Assembly (NCBI RefSeq): GCF_006345805.1
Contig: NC_043006.1
Location: forward strand, 52,080,001-52,144,000
Source: Octopus sinensis
Taxonomy: Eukaryota
DNA: 64,000 bases
Direction: 5' to 3'
The translations under genes were made by a program, and so were the position numbers. This document shows, piece by piece, positions 59,609 through 64,000 of this stretch. The number at the start of each line of letters is the position of its first letter. Position 1 is the first letter of the stretch. The notes beneath the pieces are model-generated. The model was not told where the DNA came from and made no database searches. It saw nothing but the letters and a program-made list of their open reading frames with translations.

Positions 59609-62445
59609 GATTGATTGATTGATTGATTCTAGTTTCAGCTCATGAGCTGTGGCCATGCTGAGGCACCGCCATTTGGTGTTGCTACATGGTTTTATTTCAC
59701 GAATGCTTTTTAGCAACTGCCATTTGGTGCATGAGAGAGTTCGATGCAGCTGCCCTCATCTGCACCTCCTGCCGTGAAGTTGGTTCATCTGGGATACCTG
59801 ACAGGAAGAGATCCAGTTTCATTTTAAAGACATCTGCATCCACCCCATGCAGGTCTCTTAGGTTCTTCGGGAGGATATTGAAGAGCTGTGGGCCTCGGAA
59901 GCCCAGGCTATCACAGTATCTTGTCCTATATCTTGATGGCAAATTTGGAGTCCTAGGCACCACGCAGTGGCGCCCAGTTCTGGCATTTGTGTAACTCTCG
60001 ATGCCAAAGTTTGGGACAAGTCCCTCCAGGATCTTCCAGATGTATATTATGGCATATCTTTCTCGCCTACGCTCCAAGGAATAGAGTTTTAATCTCTTGA
60101 GTCTTTCCCAGTAGCTTATATTCTGCATAGAGGCTATCTTCGTGTAGCTACCTGTAGCCTTTTCAGTGCCATCGCAGTTCTGTGATCAACTTGACACTGG
60201 ATGGTGACCATAGCTGAGAGCAATAGTCAAAGTGGCTTAGGACAAGTGTCCTCCAGAGGACCATCATGGTTTCTTGTTCTCTTGTTCTAAAGGTTCTGAG
60301 AATCCATCCGGCCAGTCGTCTACATTTCATTGCCAATTTAGCAACATGTACACGAAAGGTTGCGTCTCACTCATGTAAATACCCAGGTCACGCACTGATT
60401 GTGCCTCTGGGATTGCAATTCCTCCGGGTCCAGGGTATTCATTGGGTATTGCATTTAGTTTTGCATGCTGATAGTATAAAGCTTGAAACTTTTCAGCATT
60501 GAACTGCATGCTATTCTTTTCAGCCCACTTGTATATTTTGTCCAGCTCACATTGCAGGCGTTTAGTGTCTCAGGGTTCTGTATTACCTGTGAAACTTTTG
60601 TATCATCTGCATAACTTGTGATCGTGGCTCTCTGCGTGCTGGAGGGCATGGTCTGAGAGGGCCATTATGAACAGTAGTGGTCCCAAAACAGTGCCCGCGG
60701 AACACCGCTCACTATTTGCGTGTTAAGGGAAGTGGCCCCATTGGCTACTACCACCTGACTTCTATCTTTCAGAAAGTCATGAAGCCATTCTCCCAGTTTT
60801 CCAACTATGTTGAGATCACGCAGTTTGTGACATATCATTCCATGATCGACTTTATCAAAAGCCTTTGCAAAAGTGGAGATATATCACTTCCACATTTGAG
60901 TGGTTGAGCAGTCGTTTCAGCACCCAGTCATAGTGTTGTAGGAGCTGAGTTAAGCAGCTTCTCCCTGGTCGGAAACCATGTTGGGTGTCAGGCAGCAAGT
61001 CATTTTCTTCAAGGAAGGTGATCAGTTTCCTTCTGACTATTCGTTCCATGACCTTGCTGATGTGTGAGGTCAGAGAGATAGGTCTGTAGTTCTTGGCCTC
61101 CGCTCTGCTACCACCTTTATGAATAGGGCATATTTTACATTCCTTCAGTTTTCTTGGAAGTTTGCCAGCTGCAAGGAAGCTCTGAAAGAGGAACTGCAGT
61201 GGTCTTGCTAGGACTCTCTTACATACTTTTAGGAGGATTGCCGGGAATCCATCGGGGCCAGTAGCTGAGTCTGTTTTCATTTCATCTATAGCCTTTATTA
61301 CATCGTCTTCCTTTATATCGATGTAATTTATCGTCGCCGCCTCTGATTTTATATCTGCAGTGGTAAAGAAGTCAGTTGGATTGGTGATTGGAAATGCCCA
61401 AGGGGTGGAGTGAAAACACTCTTGAATTGCTCATTCAGTATTTCACTTACTCTCATTGGTTTCCTGTGAGGGTGTGCCATCCTTTTCAAGGAGTGGCCCT
61501 ATCCTACAGTGCACCGTAGCTGTAGGAGAGTGCAGACATTTTTCAATTTCCAACAGTTTTGTTTTCAGGCGGGACTTTTCACTGCTTTCAATTGTTGTTT
61601 TAGGCGATTTGAAATTTTTGTACGCCGTCTCATTAAAATTTTCCTCTCTCTGGGGATTTTGTTCTTGTGTACAGTGGCCTTTCTCTCTGGGACACATTTG
61701 TAGCATATGGCATGCATTACAGACATGAATTGTTGAAGTTCCACGTCGATGTCTGGCGAGGAGAGACATTCAGGCCAGTTTTGTTTGAAGATCTCTTTCT
61801 CAATTTGTTTCCAGTTTGCCTTATGGAAGTTCAAGCTGGAAAGATTCTGAGGGTTTCTTGTAGGCTGCATGTCCATGCTTTCCTTTGGTCCGTACATGGT
61901 CAGCTCTACTATGTTGTGATCCGAGAGTAGTGTCGGTGTCACTTTCACATTATGGATGAGATCCAGTGTGTTACCTGCCCTGGTTGGTTGGAGTATTACT
62001 TGCTCCATGTACAGGGTGTTGATGAGGTTCAGGAGGGACCTCGCCTGTCCTCGTTCACATCTTGTCATTCCTGGGAGAGAAAGGCCCTCGGGCCATCTGA
62101 CATTGGGTAGATTGAAGTTTCCCATAAGAAGTACACTTATGTGTTGTTCTAATGTGATTAGAACTTCTATTTTTATAAGGCAGTCTTCAAACTTGCCTAC
62201 ATGGCTTAGGGCATCTGGAGGGCGATATGTAGCACACACAACTACATCAAGTTGCCTTATATGTACAATTAGTGTGTCACACACCGAGTTTGAGTATGAC
62301 AAAAGGACCTGGGGTGTGAGGTCATCACGGATGTACATAGCAACTCCTCCATGACTCCTTTCTTTTCTGTCGGTCCGTAGTACAACATACTGTGGTATGT
62401 GTAATTCCGCATCTGCTATGTCCGGTTTCAGGTGCGTTTCCGTAA
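59609..62445 (-). mobile_element. CR1-group LINE ORF2 (APE endonuclease plus RT), 5'-truncated and frameshifted, intact 3' end
   Basis: ETHL, YRPP, GNFN, PTRAGNTLDLI, SDH (APE); GPDG, NYRPISLTS, QHGFRPGRSCLTQL, YADDTK (RT); LERRRERY; (AATC)n tail. Confidence 0.95.
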
Positions 62446-62524
62446 GTTATATATATATATATAATGACAAATTAATAAATAAAACATATACATATATACA
62501 TACATATATGTACGTACCTACATC

Positions 62525-62985
62525 TATATGTATATATACATGCATATATGGGTACAGGACACCAAAAAAAAAAAAACGCCGAACACAATGAGAAACGAAA
62601 ATATAAACACAAAACCAAGGAAATAGACATTTTTCTTAAACAACGAAAAAATGGAGTACAATACATTACAACACAAGGAACATTCCCCTTCTTCAGCTGC
62701 CTCTGTTTCATCTACTCCGCGTTTCGAAGGTAAAGGCGAGACACGACTTCTTGAAACAATCCTTCCTGCAGAAAGCAAATTAAATAAAATTTGAGATTTT
62801 TTGCGGAGGGGTAAAAATGGTAACAAAAACAGGACAGTAAAGACAGTACAAAATATAAACAGTAAAAGACAGGACGAGGAGAATAACAGTAGCACGAACA
62901 TGGAGGGCTGTCAAGCCAGAACGAAAGAAAAAATATTTTGAACGCTTTGAAAATGGCTAATATACCATCACCGAATATACATACA
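62525..62985. repeat. Longest copy of the ATGCATATATGGGTACAGG family
   Basis: Shares its start and CTTC(A/T)TCAG...CTGTTTCATCTACTCCGCGTT with 10.07-10.25 kb. Confidence 0.6.
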
Positions 62986-62991
62986 TACATT

Positions 62992-63051
<60 letters not shown>

Positions 63052-63190
63052 AAAGGATTAATCGCAACAAGTTGCTCAAAACCACATACCGAAAATATTA
63101 GAAATAGCAGCCAAAATCGGTCACTATTTCCACTACTAGTAAAAAGTCTCCACAAACAAACAGAATTGTAACCCGTATATGGTAAAGAGA

Positions 63191-63309
63191 AAGAAGACAA
63201 CGAAATCCCAAGGCTGGGATTTCGTTGTCTTCTTACCAATATGGTCATTTCCATACCGAAAAAACTACTTGGTGAAATTTATTAATTTTATTAAATTAAT
63301 ATATTTCAC
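63191..63309. repeat. Two adjacent short hairpins (perfect 20-bp stem; 16/17-bp stem)
   Basis: AAGAAGACAACGAAATCCCA-AGGC-TGGGATTTCGTTGTCTTCTT (63191-63234) and GTGAAATTTATTAATTT-TATT-AAATTAATATATTTCAC (63272-63309). Confidence 0.85.
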
Positions 63310-63313
63310 TCTT

Positions 63314-63377
<64 letters not shown>

Positions 63378-63416
63378 TATGAGTATAATGTACATACTTG
63401 ATATCCTGTTGCTTAT

Positions 63417-63484
<68 letters not shown>

Positions 63485-63778
63485 TGTATGTATGACTGCA
63501 TGCATGTATATTTATATATATTGATAGGGTGTTATTATTTACTATCCCTCTTAAAATAGTAAACACGAAAATCACCATATATGGAATGTCGATTATTTAC
63601 TTTATCGTCCAATTTTATGTCAAAACGTTTGTTCCGTCCGGTTTGCAGTTTTTGTTTTTTGTTTTACTTTTCATTCTCCTGGTGAAGGAGGGTCTTGACG
63701 TCAACAGAAAAAAAAAGACATTATAGGTTTTATACACAGCCAATAAAAAGATAATACACATACACAAAAGAACTATTT

Positions 63779-63849
<71 letters not shown>

Positions 63850-64000
63850 TGTATCGATAATGACATGAAATTACGTTTTAGACACTCTGGCCGATAACTG
63901 ATGCGGAATTTGTGACCAGAGTTTGTTCTCCGTTCGCCTGTGCGTTTGTACATTCTCTGTATGTGGTATGTCCTTCCATCCCTTTTTCAAATTCTATACG

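Noticed and set aside
62690-62735. Circularly permuted (type II) hammerhead in the ATGCATATATGGGTACAGG family
   Set aside because: GAAAC precedes CTGAAGA, but stem I cannot be formed.

Overview
AT-rich, microsatellite-saturated eukaryotic DNA, most likely from a coleoid cephalopod (Octopus-like; inferred from repeat content, not proven). Almost all ORFs in the supplied track are translations of simple repeats. I found one convincing host coding exon: the N-terminal half of a PDLIM/Zasp-type PDZ domain on the minus strand (31732-31926), with canonical splice sites. Its next exon was not found in the window. The rest is transposon-derived: at least four tRNA-derived SINE families (my labels A-D), four mariner copies (one full length), hAT-, piggyBac-, Tigger- and TA-flanked MITEs, a rearranged Helitron, CR1-group, RTE and R4/Dong LINE fragments, a Penelope-like RT/GIY-YIG remnant and a 37-nt U6 snRNA 3' fragment. 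The most striking signal is a set of minimal type-I hammerhead-ribozyme motifs in several short non-autonomous repeat families. The best case is a 478-bp element (4687-5164) with a tRNA-like Pol III head between inverted arms, each carrying a near-canonical hammerhead, which looks like a SINE mobilised by a Penelope-like element. Other notable items are a covarying SINE/LINE 3' stem-loop, a 29-nt filler in a LINE copied from Helitron sequence, and several fold-back hairpins. All alignments were made by eye, and repeat boundaries are approximate unless a TIR or TSD is given.
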